Source: the human T2T-CHM13v2.0 reference genome, Homo sapiens
Reading direction: 5' to 3' (one strand)
DNA: 64,000 nt
Assembly: GCF_009914755.1 (NCBI RefSeq)
Contig: NC_060926.1
The translations under genes and the position numbers were made by a program. Numbering within the stretch: position 1 is the stretch's first letter; each line of letters opens with the position of its first letter. The notes under the pieces were generated by a model. The model saw only the letters and a program-made list of their open reading frames with translations. It was not told the origin of the DNA and searched no databases. This document shows, piece after piece, positions 1 through 13,419 of this stretch.

Positions 1-629
1 TCATGGATGTGGTGGGGCCTGAGCTTGGTCAATGATCCAGGTAAACACACGGCTCTGGAAGAGTTCACCAAGGCTTGGTGCAAGGGACCTTGCATGAGCT
101 TCGGTGGCATGGCTCTGTCAGTATTTTTCTCTTATTTTTTAGGTAGTTTTTGCTAAATTATAAACCCCAAAGTTGGTTGGTTGAAGAATATGTCTGTGTT
201 TACCTATCTATTTATTATTAACTTTTACTACCATTTTTTTATACTACAGTGTTTTTCATTGTTTCTCTGAAGTGTGCTTGTTAAGAGAAGTTTGTGTTTT
301 CCATCGGTTCCATATGGAAACTATTGCTGCCTTCCAACTTTAGTGTTTGCCCTTTAGGTGAAACCTAAATTTTTTCACCAGGGTTTATTCAAGCAGCATT
401 TTCAAAAACAGAATTAGGCTCTAAGCCATGCCCCTTCAGTATGTAAAACTTGTGTGTAAGATGATTTTACTCTGATAACCTTCAGTATGGCTTTTTCCAA
501 ATTCTGCCTAAGATACTATCTTTCTAGTATCACTCAGTTTTGTTTGATTGTTGTTGCCCAAAGCTTTCATTGATCTGTGAGGAGAGACCGGCCTGGTGGA
601 GGGGAGGAAGGTGGTCCTGCTGGGCTGCT

Positions 630-765
630 GCAGATTTGGATTCTGGCCCTGCTGTTAATTAGCTTCGTGACCCCTGGCAAGCCAGCCTCCCTGGGTCTCT
701 GTTTCTTCATCAGTAAAACAAAAGGCTTGGGAAAACAAATACAGGCTTGGACCAAATGATAAGAA
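630..765 (+). mobile_element. MIR fragment
   Basis: ttctggccctgctgttaattagcttcgtgacccctggcaag...ctctgtttcttcatcagtaaaa resembles the MIR core. Confidence 0.7.
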
Positions 766-1980
766 AGGTCACCCTGCCTTTTTATGTTGTGTGATTCTAT
801 GAATGGCAACACATTGGGATTCCTTACCCTTCTCAACGGGTGCCACAAAACTTCTGCTTACTCTGGGGGCTGAGAGGTGGTGTGTGGTGTGTTACACTGA
901 GGCCATTTGAGGCATTTGTGCTAACTAGGCAGATGTGGGAGCCCTCCTACATAGGAGTTTCTCCCTCCTTGCCTCCCTTCCTCTGCTCCCTTCCCCGTCC
1001 TCATTCCTCCCCTCCCCACCCCTTTTCTTGCCTGTTCAATAGAGACCTGCTTGCCTTCTACTTCCCTTAGTGCATTAATAAAGGTGTGATGGTAACACAA
1101 CCCACTAAGATTGGTTACCATCTGGGGTTGTTCAGCCATCTCATCTGAGTTAGCAGTGGGGAGAGAGAGCTTAAAGGAGACTGGCTTCATGATGAAATAA
1201 TGGTCCTTTTGTCTGTCTCTTGCTGTAGAGATGGTTTCATGTTTCATCTTAGACCTGGGCCATTGTGTTTTTACAAGCTCAGTACAACCCTGCTTAAAGA
1301 TACAGCCTTTTCTTTAAAGGATCTGGCCGTAGTGCCACAGGCCTGTTCTACTTACTTCCCTTCCCCACCCCAAAGTTATAACTTCCTATATATTGTAAAA
1401 ACCCACTGTGGTGTGTGCTGTTTAATTGGGTTCTCTGATCAGGGTTAAAATGTGTTCCCACTGTATTTATTTTGCAAATGTTTATAAGATATGCCTCATT
1501 TCATAACCTTCCAAAATGTTTTCCTTGTGATTATATAATTAGTAACACCTGTAAAACATTGCCTTTAACCATGTAGCTTCTTTCATTATCTTTTTGATTT
1601 CATGTTCTAGTGCCGCCTTTTGATGAACTGGGATTGGGAAACTGTGCCAAATATCTTGCAGTACTGTACCCAGGTTTAGCCTCATAACCTTAATTAGATG
1701 TGGAATGCTGAGAATGCACTATTGTTTTTTTTTTTTTTTTAGCTTTTCTAACAACAGTGAACTTCTGAGCACTTCATTAAAAGTTATAGAACATTCCTTG
1801 TGTCTTCAGCATTTAGTTTCCCACCATAGTTTATTCAAAGAAAATTAATGTAAGGCTTAGGGTACCTTAATATTAAGCGGTCTGTTTGTTTGAACACAAG
1901 TTACCTCTTTTGTCAAGACACAAGTTATATTCCAACTTTCAATGTTTAATTCCTCTTCTCTCTGTTTCTTTTCTCCTTAG

Positions 1981-2056
1981 AAACAAGTGTTGAAAATGTT
2001 AAAGGCTGTGCTGAAGAAGAGCCGAGAGGGAGGAAAGGGAGGCAAGAAGGAAGCAG
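1981..2056 (+). other. TANC1: TANC1 exon containing the start codon (76 nt: 15 nt 5'UTR plus 61 nt CDS)
   Basis: A long polypyrimidine tract (tcctcttctctctgtttcttttctccttag) ends in AG at 1979-1980. The donor is CAG|gtatgt at 2056/2057. ATG at 1996 has A at -3. Confidence 0.95.
1996..2056 (+). CDS. TANC1: TANC1 (TPR/ankyrin/coiled-coil postsynaptic scaffold) codons 1-21: MLKAVLKKSREGGKGGKKEA+G, phase-1 end
   Basis: The translation matches the human TANC1 N-terminus as I recall it. It splices in frame to the exon at 33710 (G|GA = Gly21). Confidence 0.95.
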
Positions 2057-2210
2057 GTATGTGTGCAAGAATGAGAAGCTCAGCCATGGACAGCGGGCAG
2101 CAAGCTGCTCCTCACCCCAGGCCGGATGGATTTGTTGCTTTGGGAGTGGGTCAGAGAGGGTTACCTGGGTTAGAACAAACAGTGTGCTGGAGGCTATGAG
2201 AAATGAAATA

Positions 2211-2512
2211 GGCCAGACATGGTGACCCACACCTGTAATCCCAGCATTTTGAGAGGCCAAGGCAGGAGGATTGCTTGAGGCTAGGAGTTCCAGGACCAGC
2301 CTGGGCAACATAAAGAGACACTTTCCTCTACAAAAAAATTTTAAAAAATTATCCGGGTATGGTGGCACATACCTGTAAATCCTAGCTACTTGGGAGGCTC
2401 TGGCAGGAGGATCTCTTGAGCCCAGGAGTTCAAGGCTGCAGTGAGCTATGATAAAGCCACTGTACTCCAGCCTGGGCAACAGAGCCAGACCCTGTCTCTT
2501 AAAAAAGAAAAA
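2211..2512 (+). mobile_element. AluJ-type SINE, ~155 bp downstream of the start-codon exon
   Basis: Dimeric Alu with J-type motifs (ggaggattgcttgag, gctgcagtgagctatgat) and an A-rich tail. Confidence 0.9.
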
Positions 2513-4803
2513 GGACAGGAAACATAATTTTGAACTTTATTATAAGAAGTGACTTTGAGAATTGAGTTTGGGTTATAACCAAATCCTTTCCCAGAAACTT
2601 TAAAGGTTCATAATTTTAATAGGTCATTCAGATCTGGAGGGAGTCAAAGTTAAAGACATTGAGGGATAGCAGGTGTGTTCAGGAATTTAGTTTCTAGAAA
2701 TCCCATTCCCTTTCCCACATGATTACATTTTATGTGTTTGACCAACTGCTGGCTGACTGGTCCTCATCTTTTGGAGTATCAAATTTTACTCCTAACAGGT
2801 GGAGCCCCACTTAATGCCAGACTGCTTGTTTTCATTATAATGAGAACTACTTAATTTGGCTTGAATTTCATTCTTGTTTGTAGAGTTCTGGTGCATATTG
2901 TCACTGTGACTTTAATAGCATTACATTCCTTGTGCTAACCTATTCTAGGATTATTTTGGTGAATACTCACTGGTACACCATTTTTCTCTCGCTAGAAAAA
3001 CTATATATTGTCTACCTGTATTGCACAATAAAAATATGTTAGCATGAATTGACTTGCCTGAAATGTTACATTTCACTCTGTAAACCCATGTTAATCCAGT
3101 CTCCTTGGAGAATGACTGGTTTTCTGAGTTACTATGTCAAATAACGTTTCAGTTTTAATTTCTGTTTTAAGAAGTATGTTTATTACTAAAGCATCATAAA
3201 ATTATGGTTAACTCTTTAATTCAAAAGATCTTGCAATGCCTTGTGATAATATTAATGTCTGTTGTTTCCATACTTATATAAGAGAATAAGTGGATTTCTA
3301 ACGTTTTTGGTTATATAGAACCTAGACAAAATTTATTTTTATTGCTAATTATCCCTTAAACCAAGTCTGCAAAATGACAAACTCACCTTAAAAGTAGAGC
3401 CTTTATTGCAAGGCTGCTGTTAAAGCTTCTCATCAATGCCTGGGTGAGCAGACACCAAAGAAAAGGAGAAACCAGTTTTTAATGACCTAAACAGGAGACC
3501 ATAGTTAACCTTAGAAAATCAACCCCTGGCTTTGAATAATTAATTAGAATTGTTACTCTGGAGAAATTTCGTTCACAGAATTTCCATCCAGGGGGACATT
3601 CACCCTCTGCTGGGTCAAGACCAAAATGTCTTTCTTGTTAGTTTTCTGAAAGCTGTTTAAAAATAATAACAACAAAAAACTTTTTCAGTTTTGGCTCATC
3701 TGTCACCAATCATGGGAACTTTATTTGCTTCTTTAGAAGCCTTTGTAATTTCCAGCATAAAGTTACCTCCTAAGCTGTCTGTTGGGGTGGAACTGCCAAC
3801 CAGTGGGTTATTTTTCTCAGGACCAGGGTCCCCAAGCCTAAACTCACCAGTCGGTAACAGTTCTTCAAAACAGGCCTACCATCCTCTTTGACCAGTGCCA
3901 TACTTAGAAGAAATAGCAATATATTAATAATCTTCAGCACCCATGTCTTTCAGACACACCAGACAGGAACATAATTTGCATTTGAAACTTTTCCAGTTTC
4001 AGAGCATGTGATTTTGGGTTTATTTCTCCCTTTGGTCTTTAAAAGCAACTATTGCTTTTTCTGAATCATTTCTTCATAATAATTTCCACACTGGCTTTTT
4101 CACTAATACAAACCAACTTGAAAGACCAATGGGAACGTTTCCCATAAAATATCTGCATGGTATGTGCCTTTTTGCTCTTAACTATAACCTGGTTGTATTA
4201 GGCTAGCAACAAAGCAGATGGAATTTTAAATCCTGATGAAGTTATATCACAGGATTGTTGGGGGAAATACTTGGAATTTGACCACTCATATGTTGAGTCC
4301 ATGCCAGTCCTCATTATATAAGTAAATCATAGCTAAGATTTTCTATAAATTAAAGCTGGCTAGTCTACCAAGACTGCTCTGAAACTTAGGTAATATCTCC
4401 TGCAATATGGAAAAATTTTGCTGTACTGTTTCCAATTAAAACCAATCTTTGTTGCAAAGACATAAGAAAATTCATTCCCATGTACTTGAACTCATAATCA
4501 TAGAAATTTAGGAGACATGTCTAAAAACTTGAGTTCAGCTTTTCATGTCCTTTATAGGTTGTTTTTGCAGGCAATCTTTTACTACACTTTTATGTTAAAC
4601 CTATTTTGAGAATTTGGAAAAATGCAGTAACTGAGATAAACTTAGTATCCTTCAATGGAAACCAAATATTTTTCAGAAGCGTTGAACAGTTGTTATTCCC
4701 TCATTTATCCCTAAAAAAAAGTTATCACCTATATCTATAGGTAAAACTTTAGCAGGTATTGAATTCAAACTATATGTATATAAGGATATTTGCAATATTA
4801 TGT

Positions 4804-5124
4804 TTGTTGGTTCTTATTCTTTTGAGACAGCCTGTGTCTTTTGAGACAGACAGACTCTGTTACCCAGGCTGGAGTGCAGTTGTGCACCATCTCCACTCAC
4901 TGCAACCTCCGCCTCCTGGGTTCAAGCAATTCTCCTGCCTCAGCCTCCCGAGTAGTTGGGATTATAGGCCCGTGCCACCACGCCTGGCTAATTTTTGTAT
5001 TTTTGGTAGACATGGGGGTTTCTCCATGTTGGCCAGGCTGGTCTTGAACTCCTGACCTCAAGTGATCCACTCGCCTCGGCCTCGCAAAGTGCTAGGATTA
5101 CAAATATGAGCCACTGCACCCAGC
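4804..5124 (-). mobile_element. AluS with perfect 20-bp TSD
   Basis: Antisense Alu. TSD ggatatttgcaatattatgt at 4784-4803 and 5125-5144. Confidence 0.92.
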
Positions 5125-5849
5125 GGATATTTGCAATATTATGTACAGTGAAACTTAAACTATTGAAAATCATCGAGTAAACTCAAAATAGCAGAATTCC
5201 TCTCTTTTTTGTGATTATGCATTTTTACCTAGGAAATGCTTATAGCTGGGCAAAAAGTGTTTTCAGAAGGCAATAGAGGCACGGTGGAGAATGTAATTTT
5301 TAAAACTTTACTATGTTTTTTTAGAGAGCATATTCACCTTGTTCCTGCTGTTCCATCAGTGCAAATGAGCACTATATTTTTCTTGACCTTGAGTTTGGCC
5401 TAAGGGAGCAAAAATCAGTATTAAACCATAATACAGGGAGAAGGCCAGATGAGGGCATCTTATTTTTTTTCCTCTCCCTGCTTTATGTTAGGACCTTGAT
5501 CTAAAATAAGCAAACGAGGCACTGTGTTTATTTTTGAAGCTCTCCAGAGAGGCCTACAACCTTTACCACGTTTCTTAATTTTAAGTGACCTTTACTATCA
5601 GAAAACATTCATATTACTACTATTAAACAGTTACTTAGTTTTAAAAATTAAATAATTACTAGACTCTTAAGATTAAGAGTATTGTGATATTAAATCTGGA
5701 CCTAGTAGGAGTTTACAGTAGATATAAGAGCCACACTGGAAGTTAGTATCTTTTTGTACAGCAACACTGTTTGGAAAATGAATAGGAAAAAAAGTCCCAT
5801 TTTACAATAGAACAAAAACTTTATCAACCTAAGAAGAAATATGTGCAAG

Positions 5850-6164
5850 CTTTTTTTTTTTTTTTTTTTGAGACAGGGTTTTGCTGAGTCACCCAGGCTG
5901 GAGTGCAGTGGCGTGATCTCGGCTCACTGCATCCTTGACCTCTCAGGCTCAAGTAATTCTCCCACCTCAGCCTCCTGAGTAGCCACCACGCTACCATGCC
6001 TGGCTAATTTTTGTGGGGTTTTGTTGCTGTTGTTGTTTTTTTTAATAGAGATGGGGTTTCCGCCATGTTGCCCAGGCTGGTTTCAAACTCCTGGGCCTAC
6101 ACAATGCACCCACTTTGGCCTCCCAAAGTGCTGGGATTACAAGCGTGAACCACTGTGACTGGCT
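5850..6164 (-). mobile_element. AluJ-type SINE
   Basis: Poly-T followed by gagacaggg...caggctggagtgcagtgg...ctcccaaagtgctgggattaca. Confidence 0.9.
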
Positions 6165-6174
6165 ATGCAGCCTC

Positions 6175-6720
6175 ACATTAAAGAAAATAAAACTTTATTG
6201 AAGGACTTAAAGGAAGACCTGAATAAGTAGAAGGAAATACTGTTTTTCTGAATAACCTGATTCATTATTTTAAACCATCTAGCTCCTCCATAATTATGTA
6301 GACATTCCATTTAATCCCTAATGAAATCCCCAATTTTTAAAGAAGGCTTTTTTTTTTTTGAGTGGTTTTAGGTTCACAGCCAAAATTGGGAGGAAGGTTC
6401 AGAGATTTTCCCCCACACATGCATAGCTTCCACCATTATCAACATTTTCCACCAGAGTTGTGCATTTGTTACAACTGATGAACCTACATTGACACATTAT
6501 TATCACCCAAAGTCCATAGGTTACATCAGGTTCACTCTTGATATTGTGTATTCTGTGGGTTTGAACAAACGTGTAATGACATATCTACCATTGTTGTATC
6601 ACAGAGTAGTTTCATGGCTCTAAAAATCCTGTGTGTTTTTTTAAAACACTACAAAATTGATTCAAAAATCCATCTGGAAGAGAAAGTGCTTAAAGGAAAA
6701 TCAAGGACAATTTGAAAATG
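6175..6720. mobile_element. Old L1M fragments (sense L1ME-like ORF2 piece interrupted by an antisense L1MC/MD 3' end at ~6350-6630)
   Basis: Motifs aaaactttattgaaggac...aagacctgaataag, ttgattcaaaaatccatctggaag and gaacctacattgacacattattatcacccaaagtccatag. Confidence 0.65.
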
Positions 6721-8054
6721 TGAGGCAGGTGCATATAAATGGCCGAACCTGGTTCACGTGCCTCGGATCTAGCTGCATGAGAGAGCCCGGAAGAGTGTGT
6801 TTGGACTTCTTGGCTAAGATTTGTACAAGATGGACTTTACTATCCACCACCATATGCATTGTGGAGGATTCTTCAGTCATAGACATTGGGCAGGTTCCCT
6901 CCCCTTCAAAAACTAAGGAAGCACAGATATCTAATTGCAGCTCATTATGGTAGCTGTTACTACCACATAGCGAGTAAATGGCTCAGCTAATATTTTTTTT
7001 TCTACTGGTCTCCAAGAAATGAAACATAATTTGATCTAACATCTATGATGTAATTAAAGCTCACAGTTGGTAGTGTTTCTGTTCTTTCTTTAAACCCTGG
7101 AGATTTTGTCCTTACTCTGGAAGCATTAGGTGGTCAAGGCCTCTTGCTCTCTAGAGAAGGCTGGTCCCTGTCTACTTCTGTCCCTTCTGCCTTCCACCAG
7201 TCTTCAATCTGTAGTGTTTTGCCCGCTGTAATTCTCCTAGTTGTTCAGTATTGGTGAGGAAGTAGGTTCAAGCTGAGGCAGAACAGCAAAGTTCAGTGAA
7301 CTTTTAATTGCAGTACTGCCTCAATTAAAATACAGAAAAAATATAGACTGATTAAGGAATAGTTCCTTAATGTGCCAAAATAAAAACTGTTTATGTTAAG
7401 TCTTTTATTTGTAGTTAAATTATTTGTGCTTTATTTTTCCCCAGTAGGGGGACTTAGTTTGAAGCAACTTGTTAAAAAAAAATTTTTTTTGACCTTTACC
7501 TTTCTCTCATTAAAACCCAGGTGGTTGGCTAAATACACTTGTAATGATGTTAATTAAGGCATTGGATAGTCTCTAAGCCTGTGTGTGTACTGAATTAATC
7601 TATTAGCTTTGCATCTAATTCTTCACTTTGAATTTCAAGTAGAAGGAAGCTGTTTGCCTCTAAAGTTTAAAAGCCATTGATGTGATTGTTAAACTTGGTA
7701 TTTTAAGCCATTCCAGGCTGCAGCCTGGCTTTCAGTGGTACCTTCTAAACATGCCTCAATACAAATGATGCTTTGTTTTATGTAGAAAATACGAAGCTGC
7801 TTTTGATTATTCTGTGCTGCCACTGCCCGTTTTCTGTGGTTGTGGACTATTTAGGAATTTAGTGCAGTGACTCTCTTGCTGAGCTATGGATATTTGGTAT
7901 CTTCTTGTTAACATTCTCCAAAAGTGTTTCCCAAGCAACAAAACAAGCAGAAATAATTCAGTATAAAGGTATTGTATTTTTCTTTACTGGGGCATTTAAA
8001 CAAATTCTGCAAAATGTTAGAACATGATTTAAACATAGAATGGGACTTCTGTGT

Positions 8055-8364
8055 TTTTTTGTTTTGTTTTTTGTTTTTTGAGATGAAGTCTCGGCTCTGT
8101 TGCCTGGGCTGGAGTGCAGTGGGTGCCATCTTGGATCATTGCAACCTCAGCCTCCTAGGTTCAAGTGATTTTCCTGCCCAAGCCTCCCAAGTACCTGGGA
8201 TTACAGGCATGTGCCACCACACCCAGCTAATTTTCGTATTTTTAGTAGAGGTGGGGTTTTGCCATGTTGGCCGGGCTGGTCTCAAAATCCTAACCTCAGG
8301 TGATCTGCCCACCTCAGCCTCACAGAGTGCTGGGATTACAGGCGTGAGCCACTGTGCCCAGCCT
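8055..8364 (-). mobile_element. AluS SINE
   Basis: Full antisense Alu with cctcaggtgatctgccc. Confidence 0.92.
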
Positions 8365-8732
8365 GATTTTTAATAGGAGCAGGAATGCTGGTTGTTCCCT
8401 CTGGTTTGATAGGTTCCTTCATCAGATTTTCTTTGTTGTCCCTCATGTATGTCACAAAGTCAAGAAAAAGCATGGACTTTGAAATTAGAGGACACAGACT
8501 CACATCCCTGCTCGATCACCTCCTATTTAACTTGAATTTGGACATATTTTCTTAACCTTGATTAAACTACCTTATAGTTGTATTGTCAGGGTTGAATACG
8601 AATACCTTTCTGCAAAAGTGTTTTAGCTTGACATTTGGCCTCTGCTAGATATCCAGTACATCTTTTCTTTCTTGAGAAAACTGTGTGATACCTTAAAGAA
8701 CTAACAAAACCCTTAAAAATATATAAATAAAA

Positions 8733-8864
8733 GATATACCTAATGTTAAAGGACGAGTTAATGGGTGCAGCACACCAACATGGCACATGGATACATATGT
8801 AACTAACCTGCACGTTGTGCACATGTACCCTAAAACTTAAAGTATAATAATTAAAAAAAAAAAA
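8733..8864 (+). mobile_element. Short 5'-truncated L1PA (roughly PA3-5) 3' end with poly-A
   Basis: gatatacctaatgttaaa..gacgagttaatgggtgcagcacaccaacatggcac...ccctaaaacttaaagtataataa followed by an A tail. Confidence 0.9.
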
Positions 8865-10793
8865 GCTTCTTGTTCCTTTTCTGTTATGGAGAAGACAGGA
8901 CTGATCTCAGATGAAGAGTGATGTTCTAGAAGCTTCTTTCCATGACTTCCTATTCCCAAATATTCTGGCATCTCCTCTGGATACTAAAGGCTCTTCTCCC
9001 AGCTTCAGCCTTTCCCCTATAACAAAACTGGGGAAGCTCTGAGTCATTTGTCTGCCCTGTGGTGGTTTATGCTTTCAAAATAATGTATTTTACCTTTTAA
9101 CCTCTATGAAGTACTTGCATTTTATGGTTTTCTCTTTATGAAGTTAAACTGAAAGGCTTTTCTCCTTGCTTAAAGGGATTTCGGGAGTTGGCAAGCAGTT
9201 TCGAGAATAGATTTCTAAGTACAGTTTATAAAATGTTATCTCAACACATCCTTTGTGAATGAAGGTCTTTATATATGGAGGGCCCTTGTCCCCCGACCTC
9301 TTCATAGCTTTTCCATGTGTTTTAGGGAAATATAAAGGATGAAAGAGTTAGGGGAAGTAGGGAACAGATATCTACCGTTTATCATTAGGCACCTACATGT
9401 AAGGCCCAAGCTGGTTTCATGCTGAACTGCCTGTTTTCCTGGTGGGGGGCATACTTGGAGAAAGCTCTGGACCCCAGCGGAAAGGGAAGTCAGTCACCCT
9501 GGACTAATAAGACCTTTTTGTGGCATAAGATCTCCAGCAAGGCACCACCTATCTGAATCATCATAAAGCATGTGATAAAACTCTCAAACAATGCTTCTTT
9601 ACTTGAGCTGCTTTTTGTATGTGTATGTATAAATGCCATAGGAAGCTAGATCAGTAGTAGGCAAATGAGCAATTCCGAGTTCATTTTTAAATTATCAAAT
9701 CTAATTTTATTTCACAAATTTTTATTAAAACTCCTCTGTAAAACACAAAGGTCTTATTTTGTACAGACTTAGTTTTCAGAAAGTTCCATGTATATGTAAC
9801 TTAATTCCCATAAAAAGTTTCATCTTTGCTTTTCCATGTTTTCTATTTGCACTTCCTAGAAGGGGAATTCTAAGGTTTTATTTCTATCCTACAGGAATGT
9901 AAAAAACTTGATTTCATATAATCTACTGGCAAGTGTAGTTCCTGAGTGGGGAGACGGGCTACAAAGGATTCTGAAGTAGATTGGCTTTTATTTCGTGGCT
10001 GGTGATCCAAACTGAGTATTCCTCATAAGAGTCTTAAGGGGATGGTGTGTTTACCAACCAGTTGTCTTGCAGTTAATGAGGGTGGCCATCAGGTGACCAG
10101 CTGGGTAGCCCTAGCTCTGGATCAGCATCAAATTGAGAAACCTTATTCACATCCAGAATCAGAGTTAGAACGCAGCATCTGTGTGTCTTCTCTCTCCCAC
10201 TCCCCTCTGTCCTTTTAGGGGCAGGCTAGTTATACCTCATCAGCCATGAAAATACCATTGTTCTTGTCCTATGTTCTGGTGACCACAGTGCAGTGGGTAA
10301 AGGTAAAACGAGCAACTGAGCAGCTGGTTTTAATTCTTCACACTCTTAAAGTTTGTCAGGGAGTTGCCCATTTTTAAGGGAGTTTGGAGCCTTCAACTGC
10401 TAGATTTGGTACATGGTGATGATCTTTATGCCCTGGGATGTCATCAGGAATGATGTCTCTGATGTGAGACATGCATGGAGGTGGCTGTAGTGGTTTGAGA
10501 TCTTGTCTGGGTTTTTGTAGATCACGAAACTGGCTGATAGCAGAGGCTAAGAGCCTGGAGGTAGACTCCAGGTTAAGGATGGAAGAGAGCCACCTGCACA
10601 CAGGGTCTTCCTGATGATTGTGTTTTTATTTCACTTGCCAAAATTAAGGAATTTATGTTAATGCATTGTTTCTTTGTGAGGGCTTGCTCTTCACGCCCCA
10701 CTAAGCAAATTTTCTATATGACTTATCTAGAAAGCTTCTTTCCAAGTACGAGATGTTAAAAATATTTTGATTTTTGATAGTACATCTTCGTGT

Positions 10794-11156
10794 TGTCTTA
10801 GTCTGCTTGAGCTGCCGTAACAAAGCACCATTGACTGGGTGGCTTTAACAATAGAAACTTATTTCCCCTCGCCATGCTGCACGCTTGAAAGTCTGAGATG
10901 AGGGTGCCAGCATGGTTGGGTGCTTGTAGGGGTTGCCCTCTCCCTGTGTTCTCACATGGTAGAGACAGGGATAGCAAGTTTTCTGGTATCTCTTCTTATA
11001 AGAGCGCTAATCTCATCATGTGCTCATGTAACCCAATCATCTAATCTGACCTCATCCAACCTAATTGTCTCCCAAAGGCCCCATCTCCCAAATACTGTCA
11101 CATTGGGAGTTAGAGCTTCAACATAGGAATTTTGGGAACACAATTCATCTATAGCA
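10794..11156 (-). mobile_element. MLT1 (MaLR) solo LTR
   Basis: Termini tgtcttagtctgcttgagctgccgtaacaaa...gggaacacaattcatctatagca. Confidence 0.8.
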
Positions 11157-11368
11157 CTTTAATGTTGTTATTATAAACACGATACCCTGGAGAATTGGTC
11201 ATGAAACACCATTATTTTATGTACTAAGGAAGAAAAAAAGTCAATCAATTAGAATGTTTATTACACTTAAGATTTTCTTTAAACTACTAGAGAAGTAAAA
11301 ATGAGAATATCAGTATTTGAATCCATGCCTAATATTTATATACTCAATGTACAAAATTCGAAAAATAC

Positions 11369-11675
11369 GCTGGGCCCAGTGGTTCATGCCTGTAATCCCA
11401 ACACTTTGGGAGGCTGAGGCGGGAGGATTGCTTGAGCCTAGGCGTTCAAGACCAGCCTGAGCAACATAGTGAGACCTTGTCTATTAAAAAAAAAAAACAA
11501 AAAAAAACTGGCCAGGTGTTGTGGAACATGCCTATAGTCTCAGCTACTTAGGAGGCTGATGTGGGAGGATTGCTTGAGCCTGGAAAGTCGAGGTTGCAGT
11601 GAGCTGTGATCACACCATCACACTCCAGCCCAAGTGACAGAGTAGTAAGACCTTGTCTCCACAAAAAAAAGAAAA
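11369..11675 (+). mobile_element. AluJ-type SINE
   Basis: Dimeric Alu with ggaggattgcttgagcc in both arms. Confidence 0.9.
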
Positions 11676-11699
11676 TAGAAAACACTCATAATACTTACA

Positions 11700-12290
11700 A
11701 GCAAATAACCCAAGATATTCTGTATTTTTTGCTTTATCTTTTTTAAATACAATGTCATTTTTTTGTATAAAAAAAAGCCTAAGATTTTATTGTACCAATG
11801 TACCATGGTTTTATTTGGGCCCATTTTGTTTCCATATTTTTTTCATTTAAAAAACCGTCTGGAAAATACATACCTTTGTATGAATTTTATTTTAGAATAT
11901 GTTTTCAAGCATGGAGTTAATAGGGAAAGGAAATGAACTTTTTATAAGCTGTTAGTGCCTCTTGCCAAATTGTTTTCTAGAAAGCTCATGTTGGTTGCCA
12001 CCTGTGTAAGCAGTATGTGAATGTGCCTGCTTGCACAATTCCTATTACTAGGGGGTATTTGTGGGTTTTAGTAATCTTTGTCACTTTTATAGGTTAAAAC
12101 TTGCACTTCATTGTTTTTAATTAGCATTTCTTTGAGATTGGTAGACCTCTTCCAGTATTTATTGCTCTGTTACATTTCTTCTTCAATGATTGTCTTTTTC
12201 ATGCCCTTGTACTTGTTTTTTTCTGTTGGGATTGTGAGGGGCTTATTAGTCTTGTTCTTCCCTTTTCCTAATCTGGCTGTTGTGTATAGT
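11700..12290 (-). mobile_element. Degraded L1M (L1ME-like) fragments
   Basis: Motifs ttgccaaattgttttctagaaag and ttgtttttaattagcatttctttgag. Confidence 0.55.
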
Positions 12291-13157
12291 AATGCAAATT
12301 TTCTATATGACTTATCCAGAAAGCTTCTTGGGGAATTTTTACTGAAGTCGCTGATGGTGAAACTGCCTATGTTCTATAGGTAAAAGTTTCTCTGCGTTGT
12401 TAACATTTCATGTTTGTGCTGAGGCTAGAGATCCACTAGTCTGATTGGCTTATATTCAAGAATTTATAAAGAAACCAAAATAAAAGCATAAAAGCAACCC
12501 CATTGAGTCATCAAGCCATCCACAGTACTTGATAACATTCTGTCTTTGTGCACAGCCAAAGATGTCAAAGTTCCTCCTCTACCCAGATGTGCTGGAAGCC
12601 TGACTCCTGGTAAGTTCCCAACAGTAGATGGGGATAGTTCCAGCAACATTTCCTTAATAAATTGCTATAATCATAAGTGCAAACTTCTATCCATGGCTGC
12701 ATGCTCTTAGATTATTATGTGTAGAGATTCTTTTTTAAACTATGATAAAGTAATGACATTTTGAAGTTTTAGATCTAGGAGGATCTTAGAAATTGAGTTC
12801 AATTTCTTGCTTGAGGAAGACCTGGAAAAAGAGGCATTGAGCAACTACCCAAAGTCGTATAGCTAGTTAAAGCAAAGATGGACTCAGAGTGTAGTGTTTG
12901 TACGTTAGTGGTTTATACTATGTCTCCGGCTGTCTTCCTTTATTATCTCACACCGAGTAAACATAAAGGAAAACATATCTCTATGTTATATCTCTATATC
13001 TCTATCCCTGAGATAGAAGATAGAAAATTTTCTTTATAATTTCTTCCTTCAGGGACGTTCATTTTGTTTTTTTTTTTCCTTTAGATTTTTTTTTCTTTTC
13101 CTAGAAGGATTATTTGTGAGATTCTTACATGGTCTTGATCTAGACTGAATCACTGAG

Positions 13158-13336
13158 TAGACAGGGTCTTGCTTTGTCACCCAGGCTAAAGTGCAGTGGT
13201 GCGATCATAGCTCACTGTAGCCTCTAACTTCTGGATTACGCAGTCCTCCCACCTCAGGCTCCCTAGTTGCTGCGCTACAGGCGTGCAGCTCTACACCTGG
13301 CTAACTTTTAAATTTTTTGTAGAGGTGGGGTCTCAG
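13158..13336 (-). mobile_element. AluJ partial (right arm plus linker)
   Basis: gacagggtcttgctttgtcacccaggc...gatcatagctcactgtagcctc. Confidence 0.8.
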
Positions 13337-13419
13337 TATTTTAAAGCAAAGTTTTGCTTGGTATCCTTGAGACTGTCCTAATTCCATCCTATTCTAAAAT
13401 CACTTGTTTTTGTAAAGCC

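Noticed and set aside
1987-2199. 70-aa ORF starting MLKMLKAVLKK
   Set aside because: Only 1996-2056 is coding. The rest is read-through past the donor into the intron.
1946-2479. Longest ORF (177 aa, minus strand)
   Set aside because: Translation of an Alu plus the antisense of the TANC1 exon, giving a typical Alu-derived peptide.
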